DNA of 64,000 nt, taken from the NCBI GenBank assembly GCA_000092065.1, contig CP000584.1, one strand, 5' to 3'. This DNA is from Ostreococcus lucimarinus. Its lineage: Eukaryota. Positions 39,222 to 50,500 of this stretch are shown piece after piece. Under the pieces are notes generated by a model. It made no database searches. It was not told the DNA's origin and worked only from the letters and a program-made list of their open reading frames with translations. Made by a program: the position numbers and the translations under genes. Positions within the stretch are counted from its first letter, which is position 1; the number at the start of each line of letters is the position of its first letter.

Positions 39222-40921
39222 TCACAAGAAGAATCCTTTGCGAATGGGCGCGTTGGGAGGCTTGGCCTCGACGACGTTTGCGCCGAGCGCGTGCTTGCAA
39301 ATTTTGCCTTTCGCGTCGCCACTGTACAGCGCCTTACCATCGGTTGTTACCACAATGGCGTTCACGTCAGCGTCGTGAATAGTCGTTTTGAACATGAGTT
39401 CGCCATCCGTGACGCGCCAAACGCTTAATTCGCCGTCGCCGCGAATGATCGAATACGGTTTCGGCGCTTGCGCCGCTTTGGAACTTCCGATGACGATGAA
39501 AGGATCGTTCTTAATCGTACATAATGAGTTGACATATCCTTCCTGACCACCAACTGATCGCACCCATTGTAACGATAATTTGCCGCTCTTTCCTCGCACG
39601 TCGTGGATGCGCACGCTGCCATCCGCACCGGCGCAATAGAGCGTTCGACCGTCTTTCGCGATCGTCATCTCTCGCACCGCGGAAGTCATCTTCGTGGTCG
39701 AGTGAGGCTGCATCGGTGTGACTTTCGACTTCAAGTCCCATATCGCGATGTATGCATCGAGCGAACCACTCACGATGGCGCTGTTAACTCTCACCAACGA
39801 CGTGACGCAGTCGCTGTGAAATTCCAAATGTTTCACTGTTCCAATTTCTCTCTCACCCGCAGCAGCGCTCTCGAAACATCGATCATACGCATCAACGTCA
39901 TCGATGTCGTCGAGTTTGCTCGTATGCTTGAACGTGAGGTCCTCGCCACTGCTTCTTTCTTCGTTTGTAGGCGAAGACGTTAAATCCCACACATAAACTC
40001 TTCCATCTCGCAACAAGGGCGACGCCAGATAAATGATCGACAAGTCGTCGTTCGCCGCCATCGAACGACACTGTGGCGCGGTGTTTGTGTATTTGGACAG
40101 CTTTTTTACGTTGACGTATTTAAAAACATCGGCGAAATCGCTGTGCGGCGCGCTCCACGTCGTCGTCTCTCCGTTGTCCAGCGACACCTTACTCCATCCA
40201 CCATTTTCGTACCCGACGAGCGCTTCGCCGCTGGCTTTCGATATTTGCAACATCCGCACGGGTGTGTTTGCGTTGTTAAACTCGTCTCCGGTGGCGTTCA
40301 CCGGCGTTGGATAAAAGCTCCGCATCGCGCCAGCGCCAACGTCGCCGCTTGCTCGAATCTGCTTCACCACGCCGTTCGTCATCCCGACGTACACGCTCGC
40401 CCCATCCGGCGCGATCGTCATCACGCGCACACCCTCGCGCACGAACTCCCCCTCGCCTTCGCGCGAAACTGCCTCTGGAACGACGACGCGCTCGAACGCC
40501 GCGCGCGTCGTCTTCATCTTTTCCGCCCGCGCCGGCGCCGACGTCGCGGTCCCGCCCAAACTCAAAGTCGTCGTCGAAGACGACGACGACGACGCTCCAT
40601 CGACCGCGACCGCGTCGAGATCCACCATTTGCGGCGGTGTCTCCCGCGTCCGCGGTCGGCGATGCTTCGCGTACCGCCCCGCGACTTTCCTCGCCCTTCG
40701 CTCGCGATCGCCCTCCCCATCGAGCGTTTCTTCATCGACCACCTCCACTTCGCGTATCCGCACCATCGCCCGCGCCGCCCCGCCCCGCCTCGCCTTCGCC
40801 GCGCCGCGACGTCTCGTCGACCTTCCTCGTCGCGCCTCGCGCTCGCGCGCGCGCGCGTCGATCTCGCGCGCGTCCGACTGGTCAGAGACGCGTCGCCCTC
40901 CCGAGCGTTTTTTTTTAATCA
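39222..40921 (-). CDS. WD40-repeat protein (C-terminal beta-propeller), hypothetical
   Basis: Multiple WD-like repeats ('SGSLDAYIAIWDL', 'AGADGSVRIHDV', 'GDGELSVWRV'). Probable start at ATG 40921 (MIKKKRSGG); the track ORF extends to 41279 through Arg-rich junk. Confidence 0.6.
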
Positions 40922-41081
40922 TTCGACGACCGTTTGGCCGCGGGACGCGACGTCGCCGCCCGCGCGAGCCGCACGCGTCGACGCGCGCGTCGCGCACGCC
41001 GCGCGCGCGAACGCACGCGAAACGCGGACGCGCGCGCGATCGACGCGCTCGGACGCCCGTTCGGTGCGGCGCGCGCGCGCG

Positions 41082-44000
41082 ATGCGGCGCCGTTTCGACG
41101 ACGAAGCCGCGGGGTGCGCGCGAAGATGCGAACGCGCGCGCGGGCGAACGCGCGGCGCGCGGTGGTCGCGCGGCGCCGCGGTGGCGATGCTCGTCGTCGT
41201 CGCGCGCGTCGTCGTCGCGCAGCGCGTTGAACCGATGAAGGCGCCGACGGTGACGTGGTTGGAACCGCCCAAGGGGCACGTCGCGGGCGGGACGACGCTC
41301 GCGGTGTACGGCGGCGGTTTCCTAAACTCGGCGCGGTTGAAGGTGAGGTTCGCGAGGGGCGAGGAGACGACGGAAGCGTACGCGACGTATCACTCGTCGA
41401 CGATGATCACGGTTGTGACGCCCGCGCGCGTCGGCGCGGGATGGACGCAAGTCACGGTGGCGAACGACGGGGAGACGTGGAGCGGGACGCCGAACGTGTA
41501 CACAAAGGGATCTGGGACGTTTTTGGCGTACGTCTACGACGATTCGTTGGCTGGATTTTACGATGGCGTGCGACAAGGGGAGAATACGAACGCGTATCAC
41601 GAGTTGTGGAGCGCGAGTAACACGACGGGGCCGTACATCGGCGGTACCATCGTGCGCGTCTACGCGCGCAACTTGGATTTGGGCTCGAATACGTTGTCGT
41701 CAAGCGCTACGTACGTAGGCCCGACAGACGGCGCGGGGTCGCCGAATCCGAACTTTCCAGACCCTAATGCGGTGATGAATAGTCCGCCGGTGCATGGGAC
41801 GTTCTATCCGGGCTCGAAGTTGACGTGCAGGATGACGTGCAACATCGATGTAAATCAAGACTCCAGCATCGCTAGCGACGGGTCGGAAACCTTTGTCACG
41901 GCGCAACCAGCAATTTGGCATAGCTACACGTCGGTTGAGTGCGAAACACCACCGATGCCGGTGCCAGTGGGCGATCCGATTCCGTCGACGGCGTGCCACA
42001 TGCACATCTCCAACGATGGGATCAACTACGATTACGCCAACGTTACATTTACGTACGCGGATCCGTTGCCGACAGTGACTAGCATTAGCACGGCGCAGTC
42101 TTCGGTTTGGGGCGCTCGAGGCCCTTTTGATGGAAACACCGAAGTCATCGTCAAGGGAACGAACTTCCTTCCTAGCAAGTATCTCAAATGCAAATTTGGG
42201 GGTATACCGGAGAGCGGTAAAAATTTATGGGAAAGCGACGACGTGTCGCACGTCGTCGGCACGCCCGGCGGACGTGTTCGGTGGGTTTCGAGCACGGAAA
42301 TTCGTTGTATAACCCCGGAGTTCGGTCCTGCGTCACAACAACGTCAATATCCAGCTGGTTCGACGTTAGCGGCCTCCATCGGGTGTTGCGCCGTGCTAGA
42401 TGTCACCTTTGATGCCAACAACGGCATTTCGTCCACCGTCACCATAGTCGACGGCGGGCGAGGCTACGCCACCGCGCCGGTGCTGACAATAATCGGTGGT
42501 GGAGGAGGGGGTGCGACGGCGACAGCGACCATAGACTCGAGCGGAGTCGTCAACGCGGTGACGATCACGAACGCGGGGCACTCTTATAATCAGGGCTCTG
42601 GCGCCACCGCCACGGCGACGCTCGACGCCTCTGGTGGAACGTTGAGCGCGCTTACGCTCACGGCTGCGGGAAGCGGTTACACCGTGCCGCCTGACGTGAC
42701 GTTTTCGTGTAGCGGCGGGGGTGACTCGTGTCTGGGTACGCATATGCAGCACGCTCGTGCTGTGGCAACTCTAGGTCCCGCCGCCAATTGTTTCCCCGAG
42801 TATGGATGCTACGACAAAGTTGTCGTATCGCTGCGACTGACGTTCGTCGGTAATACGTACACTTCCGCGCCTGTGGTTACGATATCACCTCAAAAGCCGT
42901 ACGTCTTGGTGCAGGCGAATGAACTTTTCACATCGGCGAATGATCCCCCGTCGATTGGGGCGTACACCATGCAAGGGAAAGGGGAAACCGAGCTCGATCC
43001 GCAGCTCTCGCACGGCTCGTGGGTGGACGACGGAAGCGGAGGGCGAATTTACAACGTCACCGACGCGCCTTACGACGTTGTCGCGGTCTCGGGTGTACCA
43101 GGAGCGAATCCTGGGCGACGTCTGTACGCGGTCAATCAATATAGTCAGAATAGCCCGGAAGATCGCGGTGATCTTCTCGCACCGCTGGGCCAAGCGGGAA
43201 GCGATGGGTCGATTAAACCGGCGCACCAGGATCTCGTACAAGTGAGCAACAATTACAACAAGTTCGGCGTTCCTGTGATCGGTAACGCGGCTGCAACGCC
43301 CACGCACGTTGGATATCGCGACAACACCGCAGCGGTAAAGGGATATTGGATGTGGAGTCGCAGTACGGGCTCAGCGAGCGATTGCCAAGTTTCCAACAAT
43401 CCGCCGTTGAACTTTTATGATGGCACAACGCTTATGGGACATAACCTCGATAAAGGCACGGGGTGGGTCGTCGCTGGCTCCTCAAACGAGTACTTGGGCA
43501 TTCCTGGAAACTCCGACTTGGGTCATCCGTCGAAATCGTGCTTGTACTTTTTGTACGGCGACATTTACGTATCGCCGTCGGGGAGCGACGCAACCGGACA
43601 AGGCACCGCGGCAAGACCGTACGCCACGATTCAAAAGTGCATCGATTCGGCGTTGACAGACGTGCGTGATTATCACGTGAACGCCGTCGGTGAGTCAAAC
43701 CCGAGCGTGCCCGCGAGGATATCGACGCAAATCACTAAATTCAACGCTGGGCGCTCGCAAAAGCGCGATGGAGGCGGCGGCTACGCGTACACTGTGAATC
43801 GCGATCGTTGCATCCTGAAAGACGGCACGTACTTCGGCCCGGGCAATCGACAACTTCGTGCCAACGGTCGCGTCATCCAGCTATGGGCAGAAAACGAGGA
43901 GCGAGCCGTCATCGACTGCGAAGGCTTCCCCGTGGGCAAGCAAGTCTACGCCAAGCGCGAGCCGACGCGCGTGAGCGCGCCGGGTTCGATCGCCACCCAG

Positions 44001-44084
44001 GGCGTCGTGCTCAAGCGATGCGGATTCAAGATGCCTTACGCCGCGGCGGATAAATTATTTTACCCCGGTCGTCCGACGACGTGA
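41082..44084 (+). CDS. Secreted/surface protein with N-terminal IPT/TIG domain, Gly/Thr-rich tandem repeats and a right-handed beta-helix (pectin-lyase-fold)-like C-terminal region
   Basis: Signal-peptide-like 'MLVVVARVVVAQRV' (ATG 41187; an earlier ATG lies at 41082). TIG 'VTWLEPPKGHVAGGTTLAVYGGGF'. Repeats 'GGRGYATAPVLTIIGGGGGGATATATIDSSG / VVNAVTITNAGHSYNQGSGATATATLDASG / GTLSALTLTAAGSGYTVPPDVTF'. 'GDIYVSPSGSDATGQGTAARPYATIQKCIDSA' is typical of the start of parallel beta-helix domains. The track ORF from 40143 is an artefactual upstream extension overlapping the WD40 gene. Confidence 0.6.
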   Translation: MRRRFDDEAAGCARRCERARGRTRGARWSRGAAVAMLVVVARVVVAQRVEPMKAPTVTWLEPPKGHVAGGTTLAVYGGGFLNSARLKVRFARGEETTEAYATYHSSTMITVVTPARVGAGWTQVTVANDGETWSGTPNVYTKGSGTFLAYVYDDSLAGFYDGVRQGENTNAYHELWSASNTTGPYIGGTIVRVYARNLDLGSNTLSSSATYVGPTDGAGSPNPNFPDPNAVMNSPPVHGTFYPGSKLTCRMTCNIDVNQDSSIASDGSETFVTAQPAIWHSYTSVECETPPMPVPVGDPIPSTACHMHISNDGINYDYANVTFTYADPLPTVTSISTAQSSVWGARGPFDGNTEVIVKGTNFLPSKYLKCKFGGIPESGKNLWESDDVSHVVGTPGGRVRWVSSTEIRCITPEFGPASQQRQYPAGSTLAASIGCCAVLDVTFDANNGISSTVTIVDGGRGYATAPVLTIIGGGGGGATATATIDSSGVVNAVTITNAGHSYNQGSGATATATLDASGGTLSALTLTAAGSGYTVPPDVTFSCSGGGDSCLGTHMQHARAVATLGPAANCFPEYGCYDKVVVSLRLTFVGNTYTSAPVVTISPQKPYVLVQANELFTSANDPPSIGAYTMQGKGETELDPQLSHGSWVDDGSGGRIYNVTDAPYDVVAVSGVPGANPGRRLYAVNQYSQNSPEDRGDLLAPLGQAGSDGSIKPAHQDLVQVSNNYNKFGVPVIGNAAATPTHVGYRDNTAAVKGYWMWSRSTGSASDCQVSNNPPLNFYDGTTLMGHNLDKGTGWVVAGSSNEYLGIPGNSDLGHPSKSCLYFLYGDIYVSPSGSDATGQGTAARPYATIQKCIDSALTDVRDYHVNAVGESNPSVPARISTQITKFNAGRSQKRDGGGGYAYTVNRDRCILKDGTYFGPGNRQLRANGRVIQLWAENEERAVIDCEGFPVGKQVYAKREPTRVSAPGSIATQGVVLKRCGFKMPYAAADKLFYPGRPTT

Positions 44085-44198
44085 TCAAACGCGCGCGCAA
44101 CGCGATAAAACAATCATTTGAATTTGATATTACACCCGCCGTGTCAGTCAGCCGCCGCGCGAGGCGCCCTCGCTCGGCGCCGTCCTCGACGACCGCCT

Positions 44199-44429
44199 TC
44201 AACTCCCCATCGGCCCTTTCCCCCCCTTGCTCTGCTCAAACACGCTCTTCGACAAGTCCTGCGCCGCCTGTTGCGCCCGTCGCGCCATCTCCGCCGCGTC
44301 CGTCGCCGCCGCCTCCTTCATCAGCGCGTCCGACTTCACCGCGAAGCGCTGAAACGTCCTCGAGTTCGCCAGCGCGTTCACCATGAGTTCGTTGAACACG
44401 TACGAGAACAATCTATTGACGAAACTCAT
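44199..44429 (-). CDS. Small hypothetical protein (76 aa)
   Basis: ATG at 44429; 'MSFVNRLFSYVFNELMVNALANSRTFQRFAVK...'. TGTAA lies in its 3' flank on the minus strand. Unassigned. Confidence 0.4.
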   Translation of the reverse strand: MSFVNRLFSYVFNELMVNALANSRTFQRFAVKSDALMKEAAATDAAEMARRAQQAAQDLSKSVFEQSKGGKGPMGS

Positions 44430-44619
44430 CGCGTCCGCGCGTCGCGCGCGTCGTCGAGCGTGCGCGTGCGCGAGTCACGCGTCGGCGCGCGCCGTCGAAT
44501 GACGTCGAAGGTTCGTCGGGTCGGGTCGATCGCACACTCGCGCGCGCGACGACGCGCACAGAAGGACGCGCGACGCGCGCGACGCACGGTAGTCGAGCGC
44601 ACTCGAGCGCGCGCGCGTC

Positions 44620-45228
44620 ATGATGCGCGGTGGACCGTTTAAACTCCAGAACGCCGACCCCGAGGCGGCGGCGACGGAGAAAATGAAGAAGGAAGCCATC
44701 GCGCGCGTGAAATCGTGGGTCGAGGCGCGCCTGCCGAGTGAACACCTGACGAATCGCGATGCGGTGGTGGACGTGAGCGAGGTGCAGTGCGGGGACCCGA
44801 ATTGCGCGCCGATCGACGCGGTGGTGAGGATCATTTACAGGGAGTCGTGCGGGACGATCTTCGGAATTCCGTGCGAAGTGCAAGACGTGGAGGAGGAAGA
44901 CATCGAATCGCAGATGCCGCCGCCGGGAGTGATCGAGGATTGGTATCTGGGGAAGCCGACGCCGTGGCCGCCGGAACCGGAACCGCAGGAGCCGGGACCG
45001 GTGCCGACGGACGCGTTGCGGTTCGCGGTGGGCGACCGCGTACGGTGCCGCATCGGACCGGGCGAAGATGGATGGGCCGCGGGGACGGTCGTCGCGCATT
45101 GGTATCGCGGAAGCACGTGGCCGACGGGACAGTACGCACCGTATCAAGTGCAGCTCGATCGTAAGGATATGGGCAGTGGTTTGATTTTCGCGCCGTACGA
45201 CAACGATCAGTGCGTGATGAAGGAATAA
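44620..45228 (+). CDS. Hypothetical protein (202 aa)
   Basis: Protein-like composition with 'QCGDPNCAPID' and Trp/Pro-rich segments. No family assigned. Confidence 0.4.
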   Translation: MMRGGPFKLQNADPEAAATEKMKKEAIARVKSWVEARLPSEHLTNRDAVVDVSEVQCGDPNCAPIDAVVRIIYRESCGTIFGIPCEVQDVEEEDIESQMPPPGVIEDWYLGKPTPWPPEPEPQEPGPVPTDALRFAVGDRVRCRIGPGEDGWAAGTVVAHWYRGSTWPTGQYAPYQVQLDRKDMGSGLIFAPYDNDQCVMKE

Positions 45229-45971
45229 GCACATCGACGGCGCCGCCTTCTCGATCGGCCATCGCCGAGGGTCTCGCGAACGAATAGCACGAGTATCACA
45301 ATCGAACCCTCGATAACACCAGTCAGAAGAAGCGAACGACCGAACGTATTGCCCCGCTAGTTTTAATCACACATCCGACTTTAACCAAGCGACGCGTCTT
45401 GTCAAGTCGAGCGCGCGAGAAAGCGCCCGCCGCAATGCGCGCCTCGACCCACGTCGCATGCTCACCAGCCTACATTGCATCGTCGATGCGGGTCGTTCAC
45501 ATCGCATCGCGCGCGCGCGCGACCGCGACTGCGTCGACCGCGGCGTTGCCACGCGCGTGAAATCGTTCCGAGGCGTTGCGAGACGAATCGTTTCGTCTGG
45601 CGAGCGCTTTTACGCGACCGAACGTTCCTTCAAGCGACCGCAACCGAGCCGTTTTGTGCTCCATCCCACGTCGGCGATCGTGTATGATCGTAAACTCGCG
45701 AAGAACGCGCGACTGACGCCGTGCGAGAAACGTCTCGACGACGTCAATGCCGCCGCGAATCTACTCCTCGCGGTATCGTGGTACAACGCGTCGCGATCGT
45801 ATGCGGAGTGGCGAGCGAGTGAGGCGGGCAAGACAAACTGAGTGCGACGTCGAGCGAATTGAGTGCGACGTCCATCGTTTTAGCGCACGCGCTTCGCCAT
45901 CGCCGAATCCAGACGAACGAAGTAGGGCGCCGCGCTAGCGAAATGTTGTGCCGAGAATACCAACAGACACT

Positions 45972-46006
45972 GCACGACGCACGACGCACAACGCACAACG
46001 CACGAC
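45972..46006. repeat. Heptamer microsatellite (GCACRAC)x5 in an unusually long (~960 bp) intergenic/promoter region
   Basis: gcacgac gcacgac gcacaac gcacaac gcacgac, read directly at 45972-46006. Confidence 0.8.
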
Positions 46007-46190
46007 ATAACGCGACGCACCGATGCTCGCCCGACCAATCGTCGTCACGGCGTCGCGAACACAAGCTAATACGCACGCTCATTCGCTGCGTGCTCGCGTT
46101 GCATTCCCGCGAAACTCGCGCGTCGTCAAGTTGAGAAAGCCTCCCCGCGGCGCCGCGCACGTCTGCACGAGTCCGGCGCGGCCGAGAGTG

Positions 46191-47318
46191 ATGGTTGTCC
46201 ATGCGGATCCAGACGACGTGCGAACGACAGAACCCGAGGCAGAGGTCGAAGACGCCACGGACACTTCCGTCGAAGACGCGACGAAAGAAGTCGAAGCTGA
46301 GGTCGTCGAACCTCACCGAGTGATGACACCCGAGGCCATCGAGACGAAGAAGGCAGACGTGGACTCGGACGACGAAGCGCTGGCGGAAATGACGCGCGTG
46401 TTGCAAACTTCTTTGAGTCCGCGCGCCGCGGCGCTCATCGCGAAGGGCTTTGTTGATCTAGGAGTGGAGTCACCGAGAGATTTGCGCCGCGCTGTGGCGA
46501 AACGATCGAGCGCGATGATTGGCATCGAAGCGCTCGCAACGATCTTCAACGGATTGATGTGTTTCAGTTTGTTCTCGCTCGCAGCCGCGGCTCAGTTCTC
46601 CGACTTCTTCATACCGAGCTTCTGGAATTACGTCGTGACGTTGTTAGGCATGGTTGGTGCCGCAATCTTCGCAGTCGAGGCGGGCGCGCATCTCTTCATC
46701 ACCGCCGTCTACGTGTACAGCACGATTCGATTCGAGACGACTGATTTGAGAAAGTTCGTGCAATCCATGCAACGGATCGGCGATAACGATCACATCATCG
46801 GTGTCGTACCGCAATCGTCAACCATCAAGCGCGCGTCCACGCTCGTTCACGTCGTGAACGTGTTGAATAACCTTCGCGACGCGTTGCATTCCGAAGCCGA
46901 AATCATCACGCCGACGCACAAGAGCACTTTGCACAACTTGGCGGCGTACTTCGAGTACTCCAACGCTCAAGCGAAGCAAGGTTTCAAACCAGAGGACTAT
47001 GGGCTTGACTCGAAACAGTGCATGGCAATTGCCTCTCTGTTTTCTGAATGGGACACTGACGGAAGCGGAACGCTGCGCAGCGAGGAGCTCTCAAAGCTCC
47101 TTCGCTCGCTCGGCGACGACACGATCAATGACATGGACGTCAACATGGCCATGCGCATCCTCGACAAGAACGAGACCGGTGAGATCGACTTCGGTGAATT
47201 CGTCAAGTGGTACAAGGACGGCGTCAAGCTTCCCGATACGATGACTGCGAGCAAATCGGGCGCCGACGACCTCGAAGACATCGACCCCAACACGCGCATC
47301 GACGAAATCACCGGCTGA
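46191..47318 (+). CDS. EF-hand calcium-binding membrane protein (2 TM helices + 2 C-terminal EF-hands)
   Basis: Hydrophobic segments 'LATIFNGLMCFSLFSLAAAAQF' and 'VVTLLGMVGAAIFAVEAGAHLFITAVYVY'. EF-hand loops 'DTDGSGTLRSEE' and 'DKNETGEIDFGE'. ATG at 46191. Confidence 0.6.
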   Translation: MVVHADPDDVRTTEPEAEVEDATDTSVEDATKEVEAEVVEPHRVMTPEAIETKKADVDSDDEALAEMTRVLQTSLSPRAAALIAKGFVDLGVESPRDLRRAVAKRSSAMIGIEALATIFNGLMCFSLFSLAAAAQFSDFFIPSFWNYVVTLLGMVGAAIFAVEAGAHLFITAVYVYSTIRFETTDLRKFVQSMQRIGDNDHIIGVVPQSSTIKRASTLVHVVNVLNNLRDALHSEAEIITPTHKSTLHNLAAYFEYSNAQAKQGFKPEDYGLDSKQCMAIASLFSEWDTDGSGTLRSEELSKLLRSLGDDTINDMDVNMAMRILDKNETGEIDFGEFVKWYKDGVKLPDTMTASKSGADDLEDIDPNTRIDEITG

Positions 47319-47587
47319 TTTGGACGCGAGCCGGCGACTTCGATTTCACCTTCTCTACCCACCTTTATCACGTTTACCGACACAGCGACGATTTTCAATA
47401 CTCTACGACCAACGACCTTTCCATCCGCCAACTGTCGCCTCGGCGTCTTCACAGAGATGGCCTCACACGGACGCTCGCTTCACCTCGCGCGGTCGCGCCG
47501 ACGTCGCACGACTTGAGCGACGTCGAGTAGTGTGTACTCGCGGACGAGCGCGCGTCCGTCGCTCCGCCGCGGCCGCGCGCGCGCGCG

Positions 47588-50500
47588 ATGAACTTTATTC
47601 GCCGTTTCGCCAACTCGAGTAATCCGACGCTCGACGCGCGCGACGCGACGCCACCATCGACGTCCGCGCCCGATGCGGCGGGCGCCCGCGTCGAGCTTCG
47701 ATCCGCCGAGACGATCGACGTCCCGCGCGTGATGAATTCGATGTTTGACGAGGGCAGGGACGGGGATTTGGTGTTTTCGTGGCAGTTGATGTCGGGCACC
47801 GCGAATGCGGGCGAAAGCAGCAGACGCGAAGCGACGAACGCGTTCTTCGACGCGTTTTCGGAGACGTACGCGCGGTGGGAACCGGCAAGGGCTAGGGGTG
47901 CAGATGAAGGGGACGATTCAGACGTCGGGTGCGCGGTCGCGCATCCTCGCGCGGTGACGCTCGCGGCGGTGGAGGACGCCGCGGGTCTGGGGGAACGGTT
48001 GGAGCGTGCGCTCACGGGCACTGTCGACGTCGGTGGAATCGAGCAGAGGATGGCGAGCATTGGTGTAGAAACCTTTCGAGCTCTGGAGATTATGTCGAGG
48101 TCGGCGCACAACAGAGTGTTCATGGAGCAGTGCGGGGCGAGTCGCGCGTTGGCAAACGCGTGCAAAACGTGCGCGCAGCGAATGTTGACGTTCAGCGCGG
48201 GGGCGGCGTCGGCTTCAAAAGAAAATTCAATCGAGGCTGGAGCGCTGTTGGAAGCGTTGCAGCACGTCGTGGAGCACGCGGTGAATGTGATTGATTCTTT
48301 CTTGGGCGACGCTTGGGCACTTCGTTCGTTCAACGAAAACGGCGCTTTGTTGGCTTTAATTGAAGTATTACGTGCGGAAAAAGTGGTCGTTGGTCGTGTC
48401 CACGGTGACGTCCGTAAGATGGCAATTTCAATAGAGCGAATGGCCATGCGCGCGATCGGGCGCGTCATGCACGGCGATGCCGCCGTACAAAAGAGCATAG
48501 CAGGAGCAGGAGGCTTGGATATTTTTTTTGAAGGCGTGTACCCAATCGAGGCTGACGTCAGCGTCGATATCGCGGGGTTCGAGACGTCGCTCATGAATCT
48601 CGAAATATCGCACACGCTACTTGCTGGTAATAAGTCCAACGTTGAGCGCGCTCAAGGCATTGGTTTGTTTACGCGAGTGGCCCGTCTGATGCGCGCGGCG
48701 AATGATTTGAGCGAAACACTCGTCTCAGATGAGGCGAGCACGTCAACGACGGAAGGCGAAGTCGCTGGTGTTCCATGGAGCGCGCAGCTCTTAGACGACT
48801 CCCTACGTTGTCATGAAGTCATCATCACGGACGGATATCCTAGTGAGGTGATTAAGAGACTGTTGAAATTCGTCCATCAAGACACCAGCGCCGCTGGCGG
48901 TTGGGCAAGTAAAGGAGCGAGGGAAATGATCTTAAAATGTCTCTTCGATTCGATTATTGAAGCGTGCTCGAGTTCAAAAGAGTCATTCAAGAGCGATTCA
49001 GAGTGTGTGAGATTTAGAGCACACGTGTTACGCTTTTTTAGTGACGCCATCGATATAGATCCCGCGGTCTTGCGCGTGATGCGTCAAGCACGCGCGTGGG
49101 ACATGTTGTTAGACGCCGATACGTACGGCGCAATTCCTTCAGTGGATCACAAAAATGAATATGAATCGGTGTCAGAGAGCACGACGTCGATCTTACGGCG
49201 TCGTGTACAAATTCAAACCGCGGCGTTACTTCTCAAAGCTTGTCAAATTGCCGCCGAATTGTCTGATTGTGTGGACGAATGCAACGTTCTGATCGGCACC
49301 ATCACGACGAGAGCAATACAGCCGTCGGTTGCGATTCGGCTTTGTCGCGTTCTAGAGCTTCTGCTAATCGATTCGTCGCACAGTGTGTGTAAAGCGTTAT
49401 CCGAGGTGGAAGCTCCAGGTCGACTTGCGGGGGCGTTGAACGCGCAATTGAAATGCTGGGGGTGTGACCAGGTAGCGTTCATCGGTGAAGTAGGAGCGAC
49501 AGCGAACTCCGCTGCTTTTGGTTCTACACTAAGCGCACTGAGGGCGTGTCTGAATGGTCCGGACGTGCTCGCGGCGTCGGCACTCAACAACGATGGTGTT
49601 TCTGACTTGATTTTCAACGAGCTTTTGTGGACAAACACGACTCGCGATTTAGCCATATCGGCCGTCGTATCTTTGGTGGGGTTGCGTCTGCACGCTCCAT
49701 CACCTCACGCCAGCGGCGCGCATCGTGAAGCATGGTCAAGCGTGGCGCGCCGATTCATCCAGGCCCTTCCCCGTGCACGAGGTACCGATATCACGTTGTT
49801 ATCGGCGATGCTTTCTGGGTTGCGTCAAATGTTGAACAATCCAAACGGCTCCGGAGACAGTCTGCGAGAATGGATATCGTCTGAAGACGGCGCAGAGTTT
49901 GTACAAATCGTTGCGCTTTGCGATGGTGACGCTGGTGAAGAGGTTGGGTTGGATGTCATAGCGACGTTACAGGCAGTGATCTCTAACTCGCATTCGTCAG
50001 CCTCAACGTTTGAGCGCTCAGTTGGATACGACACATTGATTGACGCCATACAGTGCGCTCGCGGCGCGGGTCCAGTATCCAAACCTCTGTTCGACGCCCT
50101 CATGAGCTTTGTTATTGATGACGACTATGGCACAGGGGGCGAGTCCAGCGGCATCGCTTTGCGGAACGCTAAGGCGCTACAAATGCTGCTCACTCTGATA
50201 GGAAACCTCGGCGCGTCTGACGAGTTAAAGGATGAGCTTCTCAAGGCTTTTAAGCAGATGTTGTCAGCGTCTGTGACGTCAAAAGCCACCGCAGATGCGG
50301 CTGGTGTTTTAGACTTCTGTCTTCAATGGTACGTGGATGCGAATCGCCGGCAAGCAGTACTCGAAGTCATCGCGCTTTGCAGCTCGTTTTCAATGTCCAC
50401 CAAGCACGTGCGTCAAATATTCCGTCTGTTGCAGGGCGACTCCATTTCAGCGGACGATCAATTGCAGCTGCTCCGGGTCCTACAGCACTCCGCAAAGCGA

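Noticed and set aside
40143-41081. N-terminal 313-aa extension of the TIG/beta-helix ORF
   Set aside because: It is Arg/Pro-rich junk overlapping the WD40 gene on the opposite strand. A signal-peptide-like start (ATG 41187, or 41082) is a much more plausible N-terminus.
44040-44198. Possible 3' intron extending the TIG/beta-helix gene past 44084 (GTGATC at 44077)
   Set aside because: No ACTGAC-type branch motif or matching acceptor downstream. The interval is the AT-rich shared 3' flank of two convergent genes and contains TGTAA for the minus-strand gene.
45283-45315. tRNA-like T-arm motif (reverse complement GGTTCGATT)
   Set aside because: The flanking sequence does not form a complementary T-stem or an acceptor stem, and there is no anticodon-arm structure, so this is a chance match.
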